A stretch of DNA of 54,137 nt, taken from Methanocella sp. Its GTDB lineage: Archaea; Thermoproteota; Bathyarchaeia; Bathyarchaeales; Bathycorpusculaceae. Position numbers and translations under genes: made by a program. The DNA lies in the NCBI GenBank assembly GCA_050261115.1, contig JBLNCY010000052.1, positions 1 through 54,137 of the forward strand, written 5' to 3'. Shown here in pieces: positions 46,765 to 54,137 of this stretch. Positions within the stretch are counted from its first letter, which is position 1, and every line of letters starts with the position of its first letter. The notes beneath the pieces were generated by a model. That model worked only from the letters and a program-made list of their open reading frames with translations, was not told where the DNA came from and did no database searches.

Positions 46765-46774
46765 CGCAGGGGGC

Positions 46775-47341
46775 CTATTGTGCGCGGGTGAAGAGACGAT
46801 ATTTGCTGTCGCCCTCGAGCTCTTCTAGAACCCGTTTTGTGATTAGCTTTACTGGGTTGGGTAGCTCGGTGCGTTTCTGCAAATCCTCAAAGGATTCGAA
46901 GGGTTTGCGTTGGCGTTCATTGATTACTTGCCACATATACTTCTTTCCGATGCCTGGCACCAACTCTAAAGCGTGCATACGAGGTGTTATGGCACGTGCG
47001 GTATTGAAGAAATTAACAAACCACGCCTCCCGGCTCTCAACGATTTTGTTGACTACGCTGGGTAATTCGGATTTAGCGGCGGCTGTGAGCTCCTCAAAAC
47101 CTATGCGGCCGATGATGTAGGTTACTTCGCTTCGGCTGTCTTTACCGACATAAACCTTGTCGCCAGGTTTCAGCACGAGGTCTTCACGTACCAAAGCCTC
47201 AAGTAATGTAAAGAATTCTTCGCCGACACATTGAATTAATGCACCTGCACGGTAGCCAGCGCGTCCAGTGGGACGAGTCCCGGGTTTGCCATGAGGCAGA
47301 AAGTCTAGTACGTAAGCGTTCTCTTCATACCGTTTTTCCAT
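46775..47341 (-). CDS. DUF655 family putative nucleic-acid-binding protein
   Basis: AYVLDFLPHG, FFTLLE, HALELVPGIGKK; conserved operon position. Confidence 0.92.
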   Translation of the reverse strand: MEKRYEENAYVLDFLPHGKPGTRPTGRAGYRAGALIQCVGEEFFTLLEALVREDLVLKPGDKVYVGKDSRSEVTYIIGRIGFEELTAAAKSELPSVVNKIVESREAWFVNFFNTARAITPRMHALELVPGIGKKYMWQVINERQRKPFESFEDLQKRTELPNPVKLITKRVLEELEGDSKYRLFTRAQ

Positions 47342-47405
47342 AACTGTCACTCTCGTGTACCTAGTGTATGCTACTTACTGCTTTAAAATACTTAGCCATC
47401 TAGTG

Positions 47406-47744
47406 CTATTTTAGCAGTCTGTTCTCGTTGAGGATTTCGACGATTTGCGACAGTTTCTGGGCTTCGATAATCTTTTTTCCGCCGGCTAGGAAAACGCGTA
47501 GTTCATCTACGGTTTCCGGCATGCAGTTAATGATCTGTACTGCTTCAGATTCATCGAGCTCGAATTCTTTTACAAGTTTTTGCAAGAGTTCTTCAGCTTT
47601 TTCAGGTTCCGCTTTGCTGAATTTGCTTACGTAGTCGAGTGTGCGACGTTGGAATTGATCAAGGTTTTCTTCTCCGATGGTTTCTAGTATCTTTTTAACT
47701 TGCGGCAGTGTTAGGCGACTTTCGCTTACTTCTCTCTTGCTCAT
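47406..47744 (-). CDS. rpo4: RNA polymerase subunit Rpo4 (RpoF)
   Basis: QRRTLDYVSKFSK, AVQIINCMPETVDELR; lies between rpl21e and DUF655. Confidence 0.92.
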   Translation of the reverse strand: MSKREVSESRLTLPQVKKILETIGEENLDQFQRRTLDYVSKFSKAEPEKAEELLQKLVKEFELDESEAVQIINCMPETVDELRVFLAGGKKIIEAQKLSQIVEILNENRLLK

Positions 47745-47755
47745 CTTGTATCAAC

Positions 47756-48052
47756 CTAAGTTCCTGTGTATGGCTCTAAGTGTTCTGAGCGGACAATTAT
47801 GGTTTTAAGCGCTTCACCCTGAGGAACACTAACGACATATGCCCTGCCCCGTTTCTCGATGATATGGCCTACTTTGCCATGGAAACGTTTGTGAGGCATA
47901 CTCTTCTGTACGCTAGAATCCATCTTTATGATGACTTCATTGCCGGCCTCATATTCATGAAGTAACTTGCTAATTCTTGGTTTACCCTTCGCACGAGTTG
48001 GCTTTGTTAGCAAACTGCGAGTGCCAGAGTAGTAGCCTTTTGAACCTTTCAT
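47756..48052 (-). CDS. rpl21e: 50S ribosomal protein eL21
   Basis: SKGY..GTR, MPHKRFHGKVG, IIVRSEHL. Confidence 0.96.
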   Translation of the reverse strand: MKGSKGYYSGTRSLLTKPTRAKGKPRISKLLHEYEAGNEVIIKMDSSVQKSMPHKRFHGKVGHIIEKRGRAYVVSVPQGEALKTIIVRSEHLEPYTGT

Positions 48053-48064
48053 CCAATTTTCACC

Positions 48065-49402
48065 TTATTCCATTATTACATTGAGAACGTCAAGCTTAAG
48101 CGTCTTCGCTGGGTTACCGAGCAAAGCCGACACGTTGGGCACTGTACGTCCTTCATCTCCAGACACCAATTCTTTCACGTAAAGCCCTCCCTGACACTTG
48201 ATATAGAGGAGAGCTTTCTTAAGCGTCACCTTCTTAACTTCAAGCTTATATATGTACCTTTCTCGCACAATATCAGCTCGACGATGCACCACACGCAAAG
48301 GTGTCCGCTGCCGAACCATAGCGCCTGTAAGTTTTTCTTCTAACATGCGGAGCTGATCATCGGTAACGCCGTTTTGGAATTCAGCTAAGAGGCGATATTC
48401 TTTTTTGGCGTTCTCGCCCTTCTTGAGGTGCCGCACGTCATCTTTGCCTGCAAAATGCAACTCAGACACCTCGACCTTGCCGACGCCTTCTGCGTTTATG
48501 GCTTGCTCAATCTGCTTTAGGTCAATGGAGCGCTTTTTGGGCTGGGCTATCTCCACAATGAAGGGGCGGCCAGATCCAAGCATGCGGACATCGATGTCTT
48601 CTCTGCCAGAGGCATGGAAAAACGATTCCGCCCCGCCAGTAGCCTCCAGAAGCGGCTTGGAAGTATGCGCTTCCACGGAATCGGGGTAGAGTTTACCTGC
48701 GCCGCCACATTTGGGGCAACCTCGCCCGCGGCAGCGGTTGCACCACCACTCAGATTGGGGAATGTCACGGACAAGTTTACGGTATCTACCGCCGACAAAT
48801 AAGGGGTTAACTTGGAGGCGTACTGTTTCCTCGAATGGATTAATCACGGGGACTATGTCGGGTTTTAGGTACTCGGCTTCTTTGGCGGCGGCTTTTGCGA
48901 TGGCTTTGCCGTAGACTCGGCCGAATTCATGGCGAATGCTTTCCCCGTGCGCTATGCCGTTTGTGCCTTTGAATTCGTCTTCGCGTTCCTCCACCGCTAG
49001 TGGTAATTCGATGCCGACAAGAAAAGAGCTGTATTCATAGTCTTTGAGGACATCAAGTGCCTTCTGGACGATGATGTCTGTTTGGTTGAATTTATCCTCG
49101 CAGAGGTAACATTTAGCTTCCCCTTCAGCTTTTGGCAGAGACTTTTTGAGGTGTTTTAGGGTCTCTTCTGCAGCTTTAGAAAAGCCATTAACGGATAACA
49201 CTTCTAGGCGGTTTATGCCTTCGGGGGCGGTTTTTTCTTCTAATGCCAAGGCGTTCGCCTGCAGGGTCAGGGCGGTTTTTAGTGCTTGGCCGCGTACGTT
49301 GTTTTCCATGGCGTAGCCTAAAAGCGCAAATTGCCTACCCAAACAGTGATCGCAAAGTGGATATTTGATGAGTAACTCGTAAGCCTTCGCAAGAACGTCC
49401 AT
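48065..49402 (-). CDS. pus10: tRNA pseudouridine(54/55) synthase Pus10
   Basis: LCDHCLGR, GRYRKLVR.IPQ, ASGREDIDVRMLGSGRPF, GGLYVKEL. Confidence 0.95.
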   Translation of the reverse strand: MDVLAKAYELLIKYPLCDHCLGRQFALLGYAMENNVRGQALKTALTLQANALALEEKTAPEGINRLEVLSVNGFSKAAEETLKHLKKSLPKAEGEAKCYLCEDKFNQTDIIVQKALDVLKDYEYSSFLVGIELPLAVEEREDEFKGTNGIAHGESIRHEFGRVYGKAIAKAAAKEAEYLKPDIVPVINPFEETVRLQVNPLFVGGRYRKLVRDIPQSEWWCNRCRGRGCPKCGGAGKLYPDSVEAHTSKPLLEATGGAESFFHASGREDIDVRMLGSGRPFIVEIAQPKKRSIDLKQIEQAINAEGVGKVEVSELHFAGKDDVRHLKKGENAKKEYRLLAEFQNGVTDDQLRMLEEKLTGAMVRQRTPLRVVHRRADIVRERYIYKLEVKKVTLKKALLYIKCQGGLYVKELVSGDEGRTVPNVSALLGNPAKTLKLDVLNVIME

Positions 49403-49413
49403 GTCAGATTAAC

Positions 49414-50766
49414 CTACTGTCCAAATCCCATCGGGAACATGCCTTTGCCGCCGCCTAACCCGAAGGGCAACTTCTTTTTGCGTTTGAACATCTTTAGCAT
49501 CTTTTTCATCATAAAGTACTGCTTGACTAATTCCTTGACTTCCTTCTCACTGGTTCCTGAACCGCGGGCGATGCGTCTTGCACGGTTGGAGTTTAGCAGT
49601 TTAGGGTTCTCTTTCTCTTCAGTCGTCATGGATTGTATGATAACCTGCCAAGTATCCAGTCGCCCCTCGGCGGTGCTTAGCATCTCGTCAGGAATGTTGG
49701 AGCCTGACATACCCGGAAGCATCTTCATAACCTTACTAAACGGCCCCATATTCTTAACCGCAGCAAACTGCTCATACATATCTGTCAACGTAAAGTTGCC
49801 ACTCATGATTTCCTTAGCTTTCTTGGGCGGCACCTTAACTTCGGCTTCATGCACCTTCTCCAGCAAGGTTTCAAGATCACCCATACCAAGCAGGCGACCT
49901 ACGAAGCGTGAAGGCACAAAGGCTTCTATGTCTTCAACTTTTTCGCCTGTGCCGATGAATTTGATGGGTGCCCCTGTGGCTGCGACGGCTGAGAGTGCGC
50001 CTCCTCCGCGGCTTGAGCCGTCTAGTTTCGTGACAATGATAGCGCCGATTGGGGTGGCTTCATGGAAGGTTTTTGCCTGAAGAAGCGCCTGCTGACCGAT
50101 GGTGCCATCGATAACCATGATGATTTCGTCGGGATGAATGCCTTTTTCGATGTCTTTCATTTCTTTGATAAGGTCTTTTTCCTCTTTATGGCGACCGGCC
50201 GTGTCAACGATTATTAGGTCACGGTCTTGGAATACTTTGAAGCCCTCCTTGGCAACTTTCACGGGGTCTTTGGCTTTGGCATCGCCGAAGATGGGGACGT
50301 TAATGCGATTGGATAGCTGCTGAAGCTGGGCATATGCGCCTGGGCGGAAGGTGTCAGCGGCAATTAAGCCGACTCTTAAGCCGCGTTTCTGGAAGTACCG
50401 TGCCAATTTCGCGGCGTGGGTAGTTTTGCCTGAGCCCTGGATGCCGACTAGCATGATGGTTTTTCTTTTGCCAGGCTCGATTTTTAGCGGGACGGGTTTG
50501 TCGCCTATGAATTTGGTGAGTTCCTCATAAACCACTTTGATAACGTGTTCCCGTCTGGAGACGCCGGGGGGGACTTTTTCTTTTAGGGCTCGCTCTTCGA
50601 TGTTTTTGCTGATTTGGAGCACTAGCTGTACGTTTACGTCTGCTTGTAGAAGCGCCCGCTGTATGTCGCGGACTAGTTCTTTAACGGCTGCTTCATCGAC
50701 TACGCCGGCTTTGAATAGTTTTTTTATGGCGTCTGTCAACGAAGAACCTAACTTGTCTAGTGCCAT
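49414..50766 (-). CDS. srp54: Signal recognition particle protein SRP54
   Basis: GIQGSGKTT, DTAGRH, TKLDG, RLLGMGD, Met-rich M domain with RIARGSG. Confidence 0.98.
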   Translation of the reverse strand: MALDKLGSSLTDAIKKLFKAGVVDEAAVKELVRDIQRALLQADVNVQLVLQISKNIEERALKEKVPPGVSRREHVIKVVYEELTKFIGDKPVPLKIEPGKRKTIMLVGIQGSGKTTHAAKLARYFQKRGLRVGLIAADTFRPGAYAQLQQLSNRINVPIFGDAKAKDPVKVAKEGFKVFQDRDLIIVDTAGRHKEEKDLIKEMKDIEKGIHPDEIIMVIDGTIGQQALLQAKTFHEATPIGAIIVTKLDGSSRGGGALSAVAATGAPIKFIGTGEKVEDIEAFVPSRFVGRLLGMGDLETLLEKVHEAEVKVPPKKAKEIMSGNFTLTDMYEQFAAVKNMGPFSKVMKMLPGMSGSNIPDEMLSTAEGRLDTWQVIIQSMTTEEKENPKLLNSNRARRIARGSGTSEKEVKELVKQYFMMKKMLKMFKRKKKLPFGLGGGKGMFPMGFGQ

Positions 50767-51014
50767 CCTGGGTCTCCAGTCCTATCAATCTATTGTCGCT
50801 TTAGATAAAGATTACACAGCCAAACTATGTGTATTGCCTAAACTGCGGGGTTTTGCGCCGGTTTATGTGAAGCCTCAGGTAAATATTTCCCCATTTAAGC
50901 ATTCTTCACAATTCAGACGGCTCTTCATGCATCATTGGCTTCAGCAAAGAAGGCGCCATGCTAGAAAATAAACCTTGACAACACCGAACAAGTTTTAATG
51001 CTGATAAATCGGGT

Positions 51015-51054
51015 TAAAAGAAAAAGTAAAGGGGGATTGAGTTGGCGCTCAATC
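51015..51054 (-). terminator. Hairpin GATTGAG-N6-CTCAATC followed by T-rich tract
   Basis: Stem at 51035-51054 directly after the stop of the large surface-protein gene, then CCCCTTTACTTTTTCTTTT on the minus strand. Confidence 0.65.
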
Positions 51055-53700
51055 TTAGGGTTTTTTTCTCAGGACAAGCACTATTGCTGCTGCGGCTAGG
51101 AAGATGGCGACGATTATGCCGATGATGGCTGGGATGAAGTATTGGTCAGCTGCAGATGGTGCTGGTGTTGGGATGGGTGTTGCGGTCGCGGCGGGTTCAT
51201 CGACGTATATGCTGGTTGCAGCGTATGAGCCATAATAGGAGCCTGAGCCTTGGAATGTTGCCACGACTGTGTATGTGCCGGGTACTTCGGGGGTGAACGG
51301 TAACCTGAATGTACCGTAGGCGTCGCTTGTTGCGGTGCCGACTACGACATAGTTGCCGTTTGGATCAAGCACGCTAAGAACAACTGGAACGCCTGTGGCG
51401 TTGGTTGGCCGCTCCTGCTTCATGTAGACGTACTCCATCCATTCTGCTTGGCTTTCGTCAGAGACTGCTGGGACACCTGAGGGAAAGCGTGCTGCTAACT
51501 CTGTTGATTTTGTGCCTACAGAGATGTCGGTGACTGTGCCTTCCAGTAGGACTTTTTCGCCGTGGTATGAGACTTTGGGTGAGGCTGTTACGGTGGTTTG
51601 GCTTGGGCCTTTAGCTATTGCGTAGAGTTGGTTGTCGTAGTAGTTGTAGTAGACTAAGGTTCCGTCTGCTAAGATGGAGGTTGACAGACCCTGCCCGCCT
51701 GTTTGGCCAGCCCAAGATAGCATCTTGTAGATTTCTTCACCGGATGTTGCGTTGATGCAGTATATGCTGTAGCCTTTGTAGAGTGGACTGTTAGGTGAGT
51801 GCTCGTTGTTGAATGCGTAGACTTTGCCGTCGCAGATTGCCGCGATGAAGGTTGGCATTAGACCCCAACCTGTGTCAACGCCGCTGCTTGTGTTGTTGTA
51901 GGTCCAGAGTAGGTTGCCTGTGGCTGTGTCGATGCATTGGATTTCTCCACCGAAGCCTTGGGTGTAGAGGTTTCCGTATGCGGTGACGCATCTTTGGCCT
52001 GCGCCTGAGCCGCTGCTGAAGAACTGCATTGGGCGCGTGGGTATGTTAGTTGTCCAGAGGGCGTTTCCGTTCTCTAGGCTGTAGCCTTGGTATTGCATGT
52101 CTTCGGCGGTGGTTGTTGTCCAGACACGGTTTACTGGGTCTAGTGGACCGAGGTTTAGTGTCATGTTGCTTGATGGTGCATTGAAGGATTTCTTCCAGAT
52201 TAGGCTGCCTTTGTTGTTGTCGGCTAGGCTTAGTGTCCATACTTGGTAGGGATTAACGGTGCCTCTCATGGAGAGAACGCCTGGAGCTATTGAGGGTGTG
52301 GTTCCAAGGAGTATATCGCCCGGTAATACATACTGTATTGTTGGGTTCTGTGTTCTTAGGCTACCGGTTAGGTCTGCGGTGATGCTGACGTTCCATGAGT
52401 ATGCGGTGCTTGCGTTGATTACTTTGCCGACTGGTCTGAACTGTAGGTAGTTAGTGCCTGTTCCGGGTGCGCCTGCTTGGACTCCGGTTCCGGGGGGTAC
52501 GCCTTCTGCGGCTGTCCAGTTCCAGAGTGCTAGCCAACCGGATTTGGCTGTGGTGTTGTAGTTGAGTATGTATTTTACGATTTCACCGTTTTGTGTGTAT
52601 GCGATTGTGCCTGTGGAGGGTACATCGGTGAGGTTGAATAGCCATTTGCCAGTCAATGCGTCATAAGCAATCCAAGTATTTCCTACTGCTTGCCATAGGT
52701 AACCGTTTGGAATGGTACCGTGCTGGTTTGGTGACTCATAAGTGTAGAGTTGAGCGAAAGTCGGGTTGATGTTGTCGTTAGTCCATATGATTTCGCCTGT
52801 GCGTAGGTCTCTGCATGTGTATGCGCCGCCACCTGTTGCTGTTGTGCTGACTTGGTCGCTTAATGGAGCTTTGTAGTATAGTCGGCCGTTTATGATGAGT
52901 GCGTTTTGGAATCTGCCTTCGTATGAGCCGCCTGAGTAGAAGGTTGCACCGTCTATGAAGGTGTTTATCCCTCCGACGACACCGCCATCTTCAAATGGGG
53001 TTGTCCATACGATGTGGGGACTGTCTGGTCCTACTCCACCTTGTTGCCATAAGTTCAAACCAGGTTGCTGGAATGAGCCTAGGTAGTTGCTGCTAGCTGC
53101 TGTATATGAACTGCCGCTGCCCAGCCAATGTGATCCTATTACAAACCAGTTTGAGTCTTCTCCATAGATGGGTCTTGTCCAGTATTCAGATGGTAGGGGC
53201 GAGTCTGGGATGTGGGGGACGGGTTCTTCTTGCACGGTTAGGGTTGCTGTTGCGTTGGTGCCTAAGAATATAACGCCGGTGTATGCGTTGTTAGCCATGT
53301 AGGTTGCGGGTGAGGACCATGTGTAGTTTTGGCTTGGATATTCAAAGAAGAAGGTGTAGGTTCCGACTTGATCTGGGGTGAACGCTGATGACTGGACGCC
53401 AGTGGTGTCTGGGACAACTGCCCATGATTGTGTTGTTACTTTGCCGTCGGGTGCAGTTATAGTGAGTTTGTAGTTGTGTCTTCGGATGTCGTTTGCTTCA
53501 GACGAGCCTGGCAGAGGAACATCGACCATCATGGCGATATAGGTGGTTTGGCCTATGCCTACAGGGTTAGGTTCCACGATGAGGTATGCGAAGGATTGCA
53601 TTTCGCCTGATTTCTGCGCATTTGCGGGAGCAGTTGCTGCTGCTATGGATATAAATAGAACAGCAGCTAGCAAAATAGTCGCGAATTTTTTGTTTTGCAT
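51055..53700 (-). CDS. Large secreted, C-terminally anchored surface protein with PQQ-like beta-propeller repeats and Ig-like domains
   Basis: Signal peptide; PNPVGIGQ N-domain; repeated DxxTGxxxW; P/T linker, TM, RKKP. Confidence 0.85.
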   Translation of the reverse strand: MQNKKFATILLAAVLFISIAAATAPANAQKSGEMQSFAYLIVEPNPVGIGQTTYIAMMVDVPLPGSSEANDIRRHNYKLTITAPDGKVTTQSWAVVPDTTGVQSSAFTPDQVGTYTFFFEYPSQNYTWSSPATYMANNAYTGVIFLGTNATATLTVQEEPVPHIPDSPLPSEYWTRPIYGEDSNWFVIGSHWLGSGSSYTAASSNYLGSFQQPGLNLWQQGGVGPDSPHIVWTTPFEDGGVVGGINTFIDGATFYSGGSYEGRFQNALIINGRLYYKAPLSDQVSTTATGGGAYTCRDLRTGEIIWTNDNINPTFAQLYTYESPNQHGTIPNGYLWQAVGNTWIAYDALTGKWLFNLTDVPSTGTIAYTQNGEIVKYILNYNTTAKSGWLALWNWTAAEGVPPGTGVQAGAPGTGTNYLQFRPVGKVINASTAYSWNVSITADLTGSLRTQNPTIQYVLPGDILLGTTPSIAPGVLSMRGTVNPYQVWTLSLADNNKGSLIWKKSFNAPSSNMTLNLGPLDPVNRVWTTTTAEDMQYQGYSLENGNALWTTNIPTRPMQFFSSGSGAGQRCVTAYGNLYTQGFGGEIQCIDTATGNLLWTYNNTSSGVDTGWGLMPTFIAAICDGKVYAFNNEHSPNSPLYKGYSIYCINATSGEEIYKMLSWAGQTGGQGLSTSILADGTLVYYNYYDNQLYAIAKGPSQTTVTASPKVSYHGEKVLLEGTVTDISVGTKSTELAARFPSGVPAVSDESQAEWMEYVYMKQERPTNATGVPVVLSVLDPNGNYVVVGTATSDAYGTFRLPFTPEVPGTYTVVATFQGSGSYYGSYAATSIYVDEPAATATPIPTPAPSAADQYFIPAIIGIIVAIFLAAAAIVLVLRKKP

Positions 53701-53871
53701 TTTTTCTTTCTCCTGTTGTAAATGTGGTACGTTTTTTTCCAGAAATAAATAAGACTGACTCTCTTTATGTGAACACAAAATTTTTTAAAATCACAATGTT
53801 AATTAAACAACTGATCACAAAAAATATAACAGATTAATATAAAAAAGCCTAAGTAGTATTAGTGAAATCAG

Positions 53872-54137
53872 TTGCACAAGTCAAAACCCAGCGCCAAGGG
53901 GCAAAAACCGAAAAAAGCCACTATAAAGCGTCGACCACGCAGAAGCAAAATCCAAATTTACGGAGACCTTCTGCGCATAATCGACGCCCACACCAACGCT
54001 GAAAAAATTGTGCTAAACCACATTCAAGTTCAGATCGATGTGCCGTTTGACCGGTTGAAAAAGTATCTTTCCGAGTTACGCGCACTAGATTTTATAGAAA
54101 AGGGAAAAACGCTAAAAGTAACTAACAAAGGCAAAGA
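53872..54137 (+). CDS. Winged-helix transcription regulator (3' truncated)
   Basis: Own translation from TTG 53872: ...RRSKIQIYGDLL...VPFDRLKKYLSELRALDFI...KVTNKGK; not in the ORF track because no stop falls in the window. Confidence 0.8.
   Translation, partial: MHKSKPSAKGQKPKKATIKRRPRRSKIQIYGDLLRIIDAHTNAEKIVLNHIQVQIDVPFDRLKKYLSELRALDFIEKGKTLKVTNKGK

Noticed and set aside
49439-50080. 213-aa plus-strand ORF and similar antisense ORFs across the window
   Set aside because: Shadows of well-supported genes such as srp54; no motifs
45345-50766. srp54-pus10-rpl21e-rpo4-DUF655-rsmA-hemK cluster as a novel system
   Set aside because: Well-known conserved archaeal gene order
1-54137. CRISPR array, rRNA, intact transposase or integrase, defence system
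   Set aside because: No regularly spaced repeats and no corresponding motifs seen
1-54137. Genome-wide TAG or TGA recoding
   Set aside because: TAG terminates conserved genes at their expected ends (argS, srp54, rpl21e, rpo4); only one convincing internal TAG was found

Overview
A gene-dense archaeal chromosomal segment. The gene content points to TACK archaea, most likely Bathyarchaeia (inference): class I LysRS, Elf1-like protein, the srp54-pus10-rpl21e-rpo4-DUF655-rsmA-hemK operon, CofE/FrhB, PQQ-type beta-propeller surface proteins and frequent TTG starts. It holds about 50 CDSs and two intron-less tRNAs with encoded CCA, tRNA-Gly(TCC) and tRNA-Arg(GCG). Modules: a metal-homeostasis cluster (Znu-type ABC, NikR-like regulator, CooC, a CbiM-CbiN-CbiQ triple fusion plus CbiO); two convergent deoxyhypusine synthase paralogs; a glutamate-ligase cluster (RimK, RLAN, GCS2, YkgJ, CofE); a MetF-like plus FrhB pair; and an operon resembling B. 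subtilis ydjG/ydjI (FAD oxidoreductase, Zn-ribbon protein, helical protein, SPFH-double-Zn-ribbon, membrane protein) opposite a PadR-TRASH regulator. Also present: a beta-propeller/ArnT-type glycosyltransferase fusion, a signal peptidase interrupted by an in-frame TAG, and a probable decayed integrative-element end beside tRNA-Arg. No CRISPR array, rRNA or intact mobile element was seen. All family calls come from reading motifs by eye; no database search was run.
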